This document shows, piece by piece, positions 1 through 17,777 of a DNA stretch of 64,000 nucleotides (positions are counted from its first letter, which is position 1; each line of letters opens with the position of its first letter). The DNA comes from Strigamia acuminata (Eukaryota). The position numbers and the translations under genes are program-made. The notes under the pieces were generated by a model. That model saw nothing but the letters and a program-made list of their open reading frames with translations. It ran no database searches and was not told the DNA's origin. The stretch lies in contig OX442314.1 of NCBI GenBank assembly GCA_949358305.1, positions 22,444,001 through 22,508,000 on the forward strand, written 5' to 3'.

Positions 1-219
1 TGTGCGCTGCAGAGAAAATTCGGAATAAATTCCGACATAATATTTAATAAATTTTAGCAATTAAAAAATAATTTATCAGAAAAAAAAATCTCCACTCAAG
101 GTCACTTGAAATTTCAAACTGCGATGTGTGTTTTACACGTGTGCGTCATATAACTTGTAGCATTTTCCGTCTTGGACGATAAATACGATCTTGTTCGTAA
201 ATGTCGGTCAATAATAATT

Positions 220-2220
220 ATGATTACAAAAAACTTAAACAAATTGATCCGAACCGACGGATGGATGCATTCCACAATTTCCAACCGGCGCAAGGTAACC
301 GCCACTCCGCAATTTCACCCAAAAAAGGTCCTCGTCTTATCAAAAATAACGCGATATGAATTCGAGAGACGACGACATCCCAATTTTACCGAAAAACAGC
401 TTTCCGACGCGGTAACTTTCTCAAAAAAATAACATTTTTTCTTCTAAATGAATTATTTATTTATTTATTTTCATTTAAGTTGGCTAAACGTGGCTCGGAC
501 TACAAGGGACTTTTGTACCATCATGACATCCACACAAAATGTTTGAATTTAGTTACGGAAACCCTCAGGTATCCTAAAGAAATCTAAAAAACACATAAAA
601 TAAAAATAAAAATTCTTTATCGATATTTTATTATACCGTACGTGATAAATTTATTTCAGACGGCACGACATAGAGACGAAAGTAGTTCAAAGATCTAATT
701 ATAAGGAAGAATGCATTGACTGGGCAGATGCCATTTTATCTACAGGCGGCGATGGGACATTTTTATTAGGAGCAAGTCGAATTCAAGATTCCAATAAACT
801 CATAATAGGAATAAATAGCGATCCTTCAAGGTTTTATATCTAAGGGGGTTTCATGTCGCAGATTATAATCCATTTTTTAGATTAAATTAATTCAAACTGC
901 GCAATTGCAAAGGTTAAAATCATGAAAAAATAAACCTCTCCTGACTGGTATAAGTTTAAAAATTAAGGATTATTGCAAATGGCGCCAGATTAGATGATCT
1001 ACCACTTCAACCATCGCGTGTAGAATTCTATACTCAACTGGTGTTGATTTGAATCATCGATTTAATTCTGCTTTGATTGAACTAAAAAATAATCAAAGAT
1101 CTCACATCCTGTGTTGTAATCTTAAGGTTTTTATTTTTTTATTATAATCTGTTGCGTGAAACCCTTAGAGAGATGAAATTGATATTAGAAATAATAAAAT
1201 TTGTTTTTATTTTTGTTAAATTTAGGTCTGAAGGTTATTTGTGTTTACCAGCAAAATACTCGACTGAATTTCCGCTAGCTATGAAGAAACTTCTCGAGGG
1301 ACGTTTCCGATGGAATCTGAGGCACCGCGTCCGAATCACGTTGACCGGCGAACACGCGTTTGAGCCTCCGCTGGAATTACACGATTCGCAGCTCACGTAT
1401 CCCGAGTACAGATTCATGGATTGCATTCAAGAGCACCACAAAGCCGCGTTGCAGTTACCAAAGAATGTTGACAACAGACAGGTTCGCGTTCTTCCCGTTC
1501 TTGCACTTAACGAAGTGTTTATCGGAGAATCTCTTTCATCAAGGTGTTAATCATGATAGTCATCCTTGTAAATTGCAATTTTGTGGACTGTAAAATGTGT
1601 ATTAATCTCTTTCAATTGTAGGGTGTCGTACTACGAAATATCAATCGACGGAGGAAAGAGAGTCAAACAGAAGAGCTCGGGTGTTACTATCTGCACCGGC
1701 ACGGGGTCTTCATCTTGGTACTTTAATATCAACAAACTGACGCAGCAATGTGTGCACAATCTGCTCAATATTGGTACAAAACAAAATGGCGGCTGGGCTT
1801 CGTAACGTCTAACGAGTGTTTATTTGCAGTTAAGGAAGAAACCGGGTGCGGAATCAGCATAACACCGGAATTAGGGAACAAAATCCAATCGAAATTCAAT
1901 AATTCTTTATATTTTGATCCTGAGGAATTAAAAATGGCGTACACCATTCGTGATCCGGTGGTTAATGGAACTGTATACACATCGAAGCCTCGCGGTTTTG
2001 CCAACAGGTTTGGATTTAATAAATTTAGGTAATGTTTACGTTTTTTCAATATTTTTTTTTTATTATTATATTTTTCAGCATTGAAATTAAATCTCGTTGT
2101 TTTAACGCGTGTTTGGTAATCGACGGCGGTTTGTCGTTCGTTTTCAACGACGGAGCCACGGCGTTATTTGATATGTTCCCCGAGGATGCCTTGCGCAGTG
2201 TGATACTGTTAGAAGACTAA
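220..2220 (+). CDS. NADK2: Mitochondrial NAD kinase 2, multi-exon (start codon uncertain)
   Basis: Spliced exons give KITRYEFE, the GGDGT motif (~745-760), GINSDP|RSEGYLCLP, ALNEVFIGE, QKSSGVTICTGTGSSSW and LVIDGG. Stop at 2218-2220. Confidence 0.9.
841..1167. mobile_element. MITE-like element in a NADK2 intron
   Basis: Imperfect ~28-bp terminal inverted repeats: TAAGGGGGTTTCATGTCGCAGATTATAAT (841-869) versus ATTATAATCTGTTGCGTGAAACCCTTA (1141-1167). Non-coding interior; explains the unusually long intron. Confidence 0.7.
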
Positions 2221-2586
2221 ATAAAAATAATAATAATCACTTTGCCCATTCCTAGTTTACACAAGACCAATAAAACAAACTGTATTTTGCTATATTGTTA
2301 CGACTTCCTTGATTCCCCAACCATTTTTCTCTTTGGTAAAAATTTATCACAATATCTCAAGACTTAAAATTTAAGCAAATAACTTATTTATTACAAAATG
2401 GAAAAAAAAAATTTCTAAAAAGGTTTCACGATTACTTTAAAAAAAAATTGATTTTACAGTTGGTTAAAAAAAAAAGTTTTTCTGTGCGAAAAATTAATTT
2501 TAACCACGAGCACACAGAGCATGTTATTAGGGTTAAAGTGCATTATATTAGTAGCCGATAAGCTGCCAGCAGGATTGAATTGTAAC

Positions 2587-6236
<3,650 letters not shown>

Positions 6237-6959
6237 TGTGCATTTACAAAGAAGAAAATATCAAAGTGCTAATTGTAAGGGAAAAAAGTTCGTTCGGTTG
6301 ACAGTTGCACCTCGATTTGAAAATCGTTTAGGCTTGGTTTTGGGCATAAATATTCTTCGAGATTCTCACGTGACTGATTCAAATGTTCAAATTTCCTCAC
6401 TATAAGTTAAACACGAATCGCGAAAATTCGTTAATCATTACTTTAAAAATTAGAAGCAAAATGATGTTTTAAACCGTGTCCACAAAAACCTTTGCGAATT
6501 TTGCTCGTTTCTGGAATTCGGGGAAACTATAACGCTTCAAGCGGTTTTCCGCTGCTCTGGTAGCGATAAAAGGTGAAACGCTAAAATAAAAATAAAAATG
6601 ATCATTAATAAACGTGTAATCAACCTTTCTTTATTTTTTTATTCCGATCAGTTGCTATTTTTTTTGTAAACGAATTTAAATAAACTGGTTTATTTAGATG
6701 ATTTAATATTTAAATGTGCTTATCGAGTTGGGTTTTCTTGATCGATTACCGCACGTTTCGGATTTTTGATTTGAAATACTGTTGATAGGTGGTACCCATG
6801 GTTACGCATTGACCATTTCCTTCAGCTGCTTTATCAGGTCGCTAACTGGTGATTATAGTGTTTTATTAGTATAGAATAAATTGTTCGAGGGTTCAATATA
6901 TCTTAATTACAACTTTTTTTTCTATTAAATTGTTCTTTCTAATTTTAGGTCGTTGGATC

Positions 6960-9900
6960 ATGGCGGCGACTGCAACAACTGTGGCCAGTAAAACCAAATT
7001 TCACGTTTTTTGTGAAATATGTGAAAAAATCTGCACCAAACAAGGCAAAGAAAAGAAACAAATTCTGCAAGAATTTATCAATAAATGGCGGAGTAATCAT
7101 TCAATATTACATAAAGATAACGTTAATACTGTATGTTTGTTTCAACCAAATATTGCGAAATAATTGAAAAACTTTAATTAAATGTTGTTTTTTTTAGACC
7201 GATTCTTTCTACCCAGCAATGAGATTACTTTTGCCTCAATTTGATAAGGAAAGGGGAGCGTATGGAATCAAAGAGGTGAAGAAGAAAAGTTATAAATACT
7301 TAAATTTGGTCATTAAATATTGAATTTCGTGGTTTTTCAGACAAGTTTAGCCAAACATTATATAGAAATATTGAATCTGAGTAAAGACAGCCAAGATGCA
7401 TTAAAGCTGTTGAATTATCGAGCACCACAGACTGCGAAAGCGGTACTTCGAGTCGATTACGATTTCGTGGAAAGATTATAAGATATTTATCAACTTTTTT
7501 TAGGAAGCTGGCGACTTTGCAAATGTGGCTTATTTCGTTTTAAAACATAGATGTCCCAAAAATGGAAATTTAACGATTGAAAATATCAACACTTATTTAG
7601 ATGAAATTGCTTTAAGTCACGCGGAGAATAAGAGAGGTATAAAACTTGATGTCCACTGTTGTGTTTGTGCTAATTTTAAATTTATGTTTAAAGATAATGT
7701 TAAAAAAAGTCTTTTTAACCTCCTAAGACAAACATCAGCATTCGAACAAAAATGGCTAATTCGGATTATTATGAAAAGCATGAAGTTGGGACAGAGTGAA
7801 CAAACTGTTTTGAACGCATTTCACCCAGATGCAAAAGAAGCGTATGATAATTCGAGCAGCTTATTAAAAGTAATTTGCTCATGTTTTTTTTTAATTTTTA
7901 AATTTCTTTTTATGATGATATATACGCTCTAGGTTTGTACTCTTTTACGGGACCCTTCAGTACGTGGACACGAAATAGCCATAAGTTTATTCTCGCCGTT
8001 TCGACCAATGTTAGCGGAAACCGCAAACCCCGAAAAAGTAGAACACAATCGTGTATTATCGATTAATATATATAAATAAATCGATTTTCATTTTAAGATG
8101 GACAAAATTTTGAACAAAATGTTCTACGCCCAGACCAAATTGGACGGAGAACGAATACAGCTGCACACGGATGGGAAGAAATTCACTTATTTCTCTCGCA
8201 ATTCGAACGATTTTACCGACAGTTTTGGCAGCACCTCTTCGCAGGGTCCTTTAACGTGCCACATAGCGAGTTGTTTCAACAGCCACGTCGTCAATTGCAT
8301 TTTAGATGGAGAAATGGTTGGCTACAATTTGAGCACTAATTGCATCGGTATTTTTTTAAAAAAAAAAATTACATTATGAATTATTGGTGACAAAATTTTA
8401 ATTTTCAGGCTCAAAAGGTGAAAATTTTGACGTGAAAGCGTTAAAAGATGACAAGGAATATCAGCCGTGCTATTGCGTGTTTGATATCGTCATGTACAAC
8501 GGCCGAGTTTTAACAAACCTCCCTTTGAGCGAACGATTAAGTTTTTTAGATAATCTGTTCACGCCCCTGGATGGACGGCTTCAGCTCGTGGAAAGGAAAG
8601 AAATCAAATCAAAACAAGACGCAATAACTCAATTAAATATGGCAATTGACCTGCGGGAAGAAGGGATCATGATAAAAAACCCCGCATCGGTGTACAAACC
8701 GAATGATCGTAAAGCTGGTTGGTACAAAATCAAACCGGATTACGTGGACGAACTCGTGGAACAGTTGGATCTTCTGATAATCGGCGGGAATTTCGGCGAA
8801 GGTCGAAGAGGAGGTGTGCCGTCCCACTTTTTGCTCGGGGTTGCCTTAGATCCGAAGATTCCCGGTGAAAAACCGACGGTTTTTCATTCGGTTTGCCGGG
8901 TCGGATCGGGATACTCGTTGAAGGAGTTGTACGAGTTAAATGTACAGTTGGGGGACCACTGGAAGTGTTACGATACGCGTACTAAACCCGACTGTATCGT
9001 GACTGAAAACGGCAAAAATGAAAGACCGGATGTTTGGATAGAACCGTCTAAATCGAGAATCGTGCAGGTTAAAGCTGCGGAAATTAATCGAAGTGATAAG
9101 TTTAAGACTGGTTACACGTTAAGGTTTCCTCGTGTAGAGAAAGTGCGATACGATAAAGAATGGTACGACTGCATGACTTTGAGTGAATTCGAACATCTGC
9201 GAAAGGTTGGATTAATTTTAATTATTTTTAATTAATTTAATTGAGTTTTAATAAGTTTGGATTTTATTTTTTGTGCAGCAATCTTGTGGGAAATTGGCGT
9301 TGCATCATGTGTCGAATGAGAGTGAACCAGCTGTTAAAAGGCAACGAATTGCTGTTAGAGAGAGACCGACACTTGCGCCGCAGTTTAGGGGGCCAGATGA
9401 AAGTTGCATCACGAAAGTTGGTAATAGTTAATTGAGGTTTATTTTCGAAATTAAAAGTGAATGTTTGCAGGAATCGGATCTTTTCGCCTCTAAAGTGTTC
9501 TGCGTGATTAATGGACCTGAAAAATGTCCGAAAAGTGAATTACAAACACTGATAGTCAAACATGGTGGCAAAACTGTACAAAATCCAGGTTGGTTTTGAT
9601 GTTTTTCCACAATGAAGTATTAAATTCTAATCTTGTAATTTGTTTTGTCAAGGTAAAGACACTTTCTGCGTAATTGCCGACAAAATAATCATTCATGCGC
9701 GCAATATTATTAAAGAAGGAAAGTACGACGTGGTGAAATGCAGCTGGTTGCTTGCTTGTATCGAACAAAAACGACTTATAAATTGGTGAAACTAATTACC
9801 GAAATTTAATATTTTAGTTTGTTTATTTATTTTGGTGTATTTCAGGAGCCCTTCGTGCATGTGGTACAGTACGGACAAAACAGTGGATCGATTTTCGCTG

Positions 9901-10402
9901 CGTTTTGACGAATACGGCGACAGTTACACCGAGGAGATCGACGAAAATGATCTGAAATCGATTTTTCAGCAAATCGATGCCGATCAAATTGGAAAATTAG
10001 ATTCACGAGATATAAGAGATTTGGAAATGGAATATTTCCCGGACTCTTCATCTTTAGGATTATTTCGTTCTTGCGTTACGTATTTCGATGCACATTCGGG
10101 TCTAAAGTTAACACGAAGCAAGTTCCAATTTTATGGAGGTAGTGTGAGCGAACACATCCACAAACAAGTCAGTCACGTGGTTGTCCACGCTAGGTGAGTT
10201 AAAAAATTACATCTTTAATAATAATAGCTTTTAAAGTCGAATTGTATATTTTCACAGCGATTCGAGCAATTTAAACGCGCTGAAGTCTTTAAATCGATCC
10301 CGGCCAAAAAAATTCCACATCGTCAGCCACGACTGGATCGAAAACAGCATTAAGGACAGAACTCTACACGCGGAGAAAAATTATCAACCTATTTTATCTT
10401 AA
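6960..10402 (+). CDS. LIG4: DNA ligase IV, multi-exon
   Basis: [12 protein letters not shown]...AYGIKE, adenylation motif [31 protein letters not shown], then tandem BRCT domains with the DEYGDSY XRCC4-interaction linker. Confidence 0.95.
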
Positions 10403-10459
10403 CGTTTTACAATCAAATTCCTTGCGAATAATTAAATTCGTAATTAAAATGAAATTATT

Positions 10460-11079
10460 TTACAAACTCGGTAATATTTGGTTCGCGTATTCTGTACCTA
10501 TCAATCCTCGACACATTAGAGAAAATGTTTTAACATGTTCTTGCAATTTCCGCTTATTTGAATAGTCCCTTGAAAATTAAGAGTTAGTCAGATAAAGATG
10601 GAATATTATTTGTCCCCAACACATTCGATCGACTTACTTTAAGATCTTATTTACAAATATTTCTTTCTGCTCTCTGCTAACGTGAACTGCGGGAAAATTT
10701 TCCTTGGGAGTTATTGAATGAAGCCATCGAGTTGTGTTGTCGAAATATTTTTTTATCATAGCTGCTAAAACGTCCGTCATTGAATCCATTAATCCTCTAG
10801 GCGACAGTCCACTGATGCACTAAAACAATTTAAAATTTCTCATTTTATCTCATCACAAAATTAAGCTTACTACCAATTCCAGGACAGTTGTGAATTTACT
10901 ACACCATTTAGTGACAGAAGTTAATATTCACAACTATACAAGAATGTGGTATGCCTGGTCCATGATGTAACTTACAGACAAAATTTGCGTTAACAAAACG
11001 TCGCCGTAATTATTTATAACGTTTAACATGGTTGGATAATCTCGAGATTGATTTATAAAATTGACCTGTAAATAAATAA

Positions 11080-11121
<42 letters not shown>

Positions 11122-14100
11122 GAACTCAAGAAAAATTACCATGAACGATGAAGCCGATTTTACAGCTGGGACTTCGGGAATGGCTAGCACAGCAACTCCT
11201 TTATTAAACAAAACAAAACATATCAATAAATGAACATAAAATGTAAAACATTCTAATAATTGTACCATATTGAAACAACAGAAGTAAATCGATATCATTA
11301 TGCAATACACAAGTTGGTCGCTTTTTAACCAAATTTGCCATCAACTGACAAAATGCATCGCAAATATCGGAATTATTTGATAAACCGCCTAAAAATATCA
11401 AAATCTATTACAATCCATTACCATTATTCCGATTTTCCTTACCAATTTGACTTATTGTTAACGTTTGACTAATTATTAACACCAAGGTGGATTGAACGAT
11501 CATTTTCTGCTCTTCATTATCAAAAAATATGAGCGCAATCTAAATAAAACAAAACAACTAAATATAACAAAACAACTAAATATAAATATACAAAATTATT
11601 CGGTACAAAACTAATTAATATCTGACCATTTTATACAAATTCAAAGCTGCCACTGATGGTAAAGACGTGTAAATCACATTAAGGAAGTGCAAAATGCTTC
11701 CTAATGCCGGCAACACATCATCCAGTAAATTTGTCACCGCACGTTTTAAAAGTTCACAAACGGCGTCGGTTAGAGGCGAAGACAAAGGCCAGCGAGTGAT
11801 AATTTCTTTCAGAACGGGCACGAACTCTTCCAATATCGGTAAAACCGGTTGTATTATTGAAACAGTTTCGTCTGTCCGCGGCACGATCTTCTCATTTCCT
11901 TCATGGTCTTCACCTTTCACTTTGACATTCAACGTTTGGAACAACGTAGATAGAATTTTAAGCCTCGAAATCAAAACAGTCTGTTCAACGGCTGTTAATT
12001 CTTGTTTCTGCGACAAGTTTTGCATCTCCACAAAAACTGGTGTCAGAAGTTTCTTCAGATAATTCAGTAGCACCTCCGGAGGTAACAACGACCCCGCATA
12101 ACCGACAGAATACATCAATCGAACTTCTTCCTGTTGCTTGAGTAAACGTTTCTCAAACACATCCTGCAAAAATCAATTTTTAATTACGATAATTTGTAAT
12201 ACTTAACACTAATAAGTAATAATTAAATAAAATGCGAACCTCGCAAACCAACAGTATACTCTCCGCAAATGGCCTCATATTTAATTGGCAATCGCGACTA
12301 ATGTCCGAGAGAGCGAGAGTTGCCGACGAAGCGGCTCCTGGTTCATTTAACCCTAACAATATAAGAGGTATGATTTGCGACAACGCATTGGGATTGCAGT
12401 TGATCCATTCTGCATACGCTCCTGAAAAGAAAATACATTGAAATACATAAATAAAATAAAAATTGTGTGTATTTATTTATGATTTCCTACCAACTGCATC
12501 TATTGCAGATGCTAAGACGAAAGGATTGTCTCGATATGGAATGTTTAGGAGCTGAGATAGAAATTGAGGCACGTATATATTTTCATCGGTGTCTACACTA
12601 TCCGCAACCGATTGGAAAGCGGAGACACAAACTTCGAGTGCTTGCTCAAACTCGTCTGGATTCGACTTTGCCCGAAGTAAAACGTTATTTAAATGATTAA
12701 GCAAACGTTCCAACATCTTCGTACGTAATAAGTTGTAACAATACATCTATGGGGGGATTAAATAAACGAATAAATACGAATTAATAAATGGTAATGTCAT
12801 TTTTTACGCACAAAACTATCGCCTATATCTTCGCGGTAACATCGGAACTGTTCAATCTCATCTAAAAAAAAACATGATAATTAATCTGTGCTTTTGTTTT
12901 TGTTTCGTTCAATTCCAACCTGGAGTCCACGAAGAATTCTTAACTTTAGGAGACATGCGTTTTTGTAACAAAGTATCAACCAAAGACTCAAAAATAGATG
13001 TGAAATAACTTCTGTAAATCTTGGCGTTTTTCTTATCAGAAGAGATAATCTCATCCTATTAAAACAAAGCAAGTATTAAAAATTGTGACAATATATTAAA
13101 CGTTCATATTTTTAAAATTACCTGTAGGTTATACCAAAATGCAAAAGTGACATAACTGAAAGTTTCATCAATTGGATATTGTCCCGGCGCTCCAGTGCAT
13201 GCCTAAAAAATTATTTCACAGCAATTAAAATCGAAAATATACACATTTCTAAAAATATAAATTATACCAGTATAATTTTGACTAATTTAAGAAAATTCTC
13301 TCTTGTTGACTCATCTTTTAAAAATCCTTCTAAGAATAAGCGCGTGTGGCTTTCACCAATGGCAGTAAACAAACCACACAAAGTCGAGCACGTATCCTAA
13401 TTTTAATAAAAAATCACTAAGTCTTTGTATCGATGCAGAATTATATTAAATTACCATGTCTTTTTCTTGAACAGCAGACATGAGAAGGTTTTCAAGCTGA
13501 AGAACCTTTCTGAGTAATTCCAGTATGGAATCTGGATATCTAAAAACGGATAGAAATTAGATTCGCTGCCTTTATTAGTCTTAAAAAAAATAATATAAAT
13601 TTTACTTGTAGCTATCCGGATGATAAATAATACTTTGTAAAATGTCAGATCCAGCTTCGCAGAATTCTTTCATCGCAATAAAGTTGAAGACTAAATCAAT
13701 CAGTTTTGTACAATCAGGTATCGAAATTCCAAAGACAATCCATTTTTGAAAACACTTCAATGCGTGTAGACTCAGTGAGACATCGTTTGATTTCACTAGA
13801 GTTTCTTGTATTAAGGTAATAACTAAAAAGAAAAATTAAATATTACAACCGAAATAAATAAATTTGAACATTCTATACCGCAGTCGGTATTTAAATTGAA
13901 CTGGGCTCGAACGAGAGTACGGAAACTTTGTGCAAGAGTCACAGTTTGAAACTAAAAAAAGATAAAATTAAGCAGAAATTTTAACTTTATTTATAAATTC
14001 TATAATAATAAAAAAAAAATTTTACTTCTTCGGTGAGGACTGTCAACAATAATAACAACGCTGAAATTGATTTTTCTGGCTGTAAATGACACTTGATTAG

Positions 14101-14791
14101 TGTAAGAAAATATGGAATTTACAGTGATTTGTCAATACCGGAATATCTGGTAAATTTTCTACTTTAAAGACACTAATTATATCTACAATTGCCGTCGTCC
14201 AATATGATGTTACAGTCCGAATAATGAAATTAGAAAGCTAAAAAAAAATGTTGTAAAATAATTTATTTACTGTAATTTAAAAAAAAAATCCAAATTACCG
14301 CAACACAGAGCCTAGTTAATATTATTCTAGGGCCTTGTGAGATGTAGGCAATAAGGTGACGAATTAATTTGATTTTTAACTCAGCGTACTGCTCCTCGTT
14401 TAATTCGGACCTTTAAAAAACAACAGCATCAATATTTAAGTAAAAAAAACAATTAATATTTTACCAATATTTTGATAGTTTAGCGCACAGTGTCGTTGCG
14501 CCGTAAAATTGAACTTCCTGAGACTAAAATACAATACAAACATTATTAAATATTTTTAAAAATTAAAATTGAAATTTTGCTCGCTTTTTCAGGTTGCATT
14601 AATTCCCAACAAAATTTCCACGCTTGGGGACTTTCTTGAGCTATTGTCAGCCATTGATGAGCTTGAACGTAATTCGCTGGGACGAGGTAAAATTGGTAAA
14701 CAGCCTGAGAAAAAGACAAATGTCAAACACTAAGAAATTACATTGTTAAATGTTTGTTAACCTTTTCCACCGATTCTGCATTTATATCCAT
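10460..14791 (-). CDS. IPO13: Importin-13, multi-exon
   Basis: MDINAESVEK|AVYQFY...AHQWLTIAQESPQAWKFCWELM N-terminus, EQFRCYREDIGD, MYSVG and C-terminal LMCRGLIGTEYA. HEAT-repeat-like exons. Confidence 0.88.
11084..11114. repeat. (TA)n microsatellite in an IPO13 intron
   Basis: Run of ~15 TA dinucleotides. Confidence 0.9.
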
Positions 14792-15374
14792 TGTAATTTT
14801 ATATTTATGCAATCTACAGATTTTTATAAATACGACGGAATTGTTTATTAAAAGTTAAAGATGACTAAATTAAAGTATCACACTGCTAGAATCCGCCATG
14901 TTGTGGGTGCAGCGCGGAACAAAATTTGACGTCACAACATGTAATAAAATGTAATAAAATCACGGATTATTTAATCTGTGATGATAAAATAACATAAAAT
15001 AATATTATTTTTATTATTATTTTTATTGGATTTAATGAATCAGGAAAAATAATTTAAAAAATTTTAAGCAATCCTGTCTTGAAAAGGGCGCAACTCGACA
15101 AGTTGTGCTCAATTGTATAACCTGTCTGAAATAAAAAAGAAAGAAAAGGGCTACTTTGAGTTGCCAGAGGTATTCAAATATGAAATTACTTTTTAAAGCA
15201 TGGTTCCGATTTTCCCAGCCGCTTGCAAAATTTTGCGCAGCTTTTATAGGTTTAATAATTATCAGTATTTTACTGAATGACAAACGAAGTACGTAAGAAA
15301 AATATTTAATTCAAAGTTCTATACAACTCTAAAGTTACAAATATGATTTTTTTTAAGGTCAACATTTGCCCATT

Positions 15375-16472
15375 ATGGGTGGAAATCTTCTGGATTTTTT
15401 CCCTGAAACTCGAGGAGATGGCAGTAGATTATTATGGAATCATGCAGTCAACAGCAGAACACATCTAGAAGCAGCTCTGAGATGTAATTTAAAGGAAAAA
15501 TTAATATAAATTGATTAAGAAACATAAAAACGTCAAAATGCTCTCATTCCAAGTTAAAAATCCTTCAAAAAATAGATCATTTTGATTTTGATTTTAATCT
15601 TTCTTTAAAAAAAAGTGTTTTAATTTCCATGTCTCTTATGGTTTTGATGACAATTTCTAATTAATTTTTGTTTTCCAGCTAAATCTTTGATGCTAGAGGC
15701 CGATGTGAGTCTTCCTGCATCAGGAGAAGGTACCCCAATCATGGCTCATCCTCCATCTACTGAAAGTGACATAAATCTTATTGATTGGTTGAATCTTGTA
15801 ATGAAAAAGAACAGGCAAGGAATTAAATTGTACATCAGCACCATAGAAGTTTTGGAACCAACATTGACCATTCTTAAACAATATGAATCACAGGTAAAGG
15901 AAAACATTAATCACTGCGATTGAAAGCAGATTAAATCGGCCACCATTTTTGAAGTTAGATTTAGAAAAACAGTTTTAATGTCTAATTTTGAATTCAACTT
16001 TTTCATTTAGATGAAAGTGCCTTTCATGTTGGATGCTGACATTTTGCCAGGTCCTGGCAATCCGTTGACAAATCCAGTGGATGCTCTTAACTTTTTAACT
16101 AAATGCAAAGAATCCTTTCCTAACAGCGTCCTCTCCTTAGGCTGGACCTCGTACGTTGATTCTAGCATTGTGGATCCAACTTACGACGACGTGATGATCT
16201 CGGACATGAAGAAAGTAGTTATGGATGCGAAGATTACGCAACCAATAACTTTTGCGGTTCGTGCGTGCATTGCTAAGAATTCTGTTTCCCGGCTTCAAGA
16301 TTTGTTACGTACTTTTCCTGGAAGTACTTTAACCGTGTGGTCGAGACCTGACGATCCGGTCACGAGTAAAGAAGTTTTGCAATTCCGCTCTTATTTCAAT
16401 CTCAAATCGGTTTACTACGATTTGTCCAGTCCCTTAAAAGAGGAATTTCTCGAAGGAATTGATAATGCATGA
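15375..16472 (+). CDS. FAM151/menorin-family protein (5' end uncertain; the frame may extend upstream into a hydrophobic anchor near 15230-15275)
   Basis: WNHAVNS, MLEADV, PIMAHPP, GIKL, DADILPGP, LSLGWT, PITFAVRA, TLTVW and VYYDL motifs typical of FAM151. Confidence 0.85.
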
Positions 16473-17777
16473 AAATAATTGCCAATTTGTTATTTTTCTT
16501 TTGCTTTGATGGAATCGGATGAATGTAAATGATTATCGTAAATTGTTTTGGTTGCTCTCTATTGGTGAATTTACGTTAATTGTGCACGATCGACCAACAT
16601 ATTGCCAAACCCGCATTTTTATTATCATTGAGTAATATAGTATACAACTTTTTTATATCAATTTTTTTTCGACTGCTGTTCGGTTTTACAGCTATTCAAC
16701 TAACATTTTTATAAGATATTTTGGGTGCCATAATTATCTTAATTCGGTTTCTTTGCGATGCATTTAAGTTGAGGATATCTAGTACTCTCAACCAATGGGT
16801 GTGGCCAATTTGAAGCTCAAAGTTTGCATTTAAATCAGTGAAAATCACTTAGATGGTTTAAATTTCATGATATTTTGATGCTTTTGCATTTCTTTAAATT
16901 AATTTAAGATGTCAGGGTAGAGATTGTTCATTTTTTGGATTTTTGATATTGTAATGTAATGAGGGAAAAAAAGGCATTTGTTACTTAACAATTACCATCT
17001 AGCCATTAAAACCTTTTAGAATATATTCTAAAATACCAATAGCAATGTGATGTTTAGTTTGAGACATGAAAATTGTTTGGATTTTATTGTGATTTTGCAG
17101 TAGACTCAATTTGGAGAGAAATACCAAATGAAAACGCACAATTTTTCTAAAAATAAAAAAGACTACTACAAATTCAGTACAAAAATAAAGTATTTTTAAA
17201 ATATTTGACCAAAAATGACCTTAAAATTTTAGCAATAAATTACTGCTTTATTTTCCGCTTTATGCCATTTTATTCATACGAAATTTAGTCTTCTCTTTTT
17301 TTTTTGTGAATTTTTATTGTGGAATTTAAAAGATTTATTGGTTCTGTTCAAGTTGTAATTATATTTTTTTTATCTTATTGTTACTTATACACATTTGTAC
17401 TAATTTTGAGATTATTTTTTGTTTATACAGGGTTTTTCCGGTGAATTGTTTAATGGTTAAAATTGATTTATGACTTAATTTTTATTTGTCATTTTCTATT
17501 AATTTTAATTTTAATTTTATTTTTAATGTTTCATCATTTTTATTTGTATTAAAATATATATTATTCAATAAAAAAAAAAGTTTTGTAACAAAAAATATAA
17601 TTTGTTTCTATTAAAATTGCACACATAAGAATTACATTTTCCACTTGATTTGGTAAGTATAAATGAAATAAAGGATATGCCTTTTAAAAGGTCACAAAAC
17701 AGGATTCATGCCAAATATCCTTTTCCTAAAATTTTTGTCTTTCAGAATTTTGACACCAAAACTATATCAAATCCACA

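Noticed and set aside
11694..12062. Antisense ORFs overlapping host exons and gag/pol (many in the ORF track)
   Set aside because: Shadows of real coding sequence on the opposite strand; no independent evidence.
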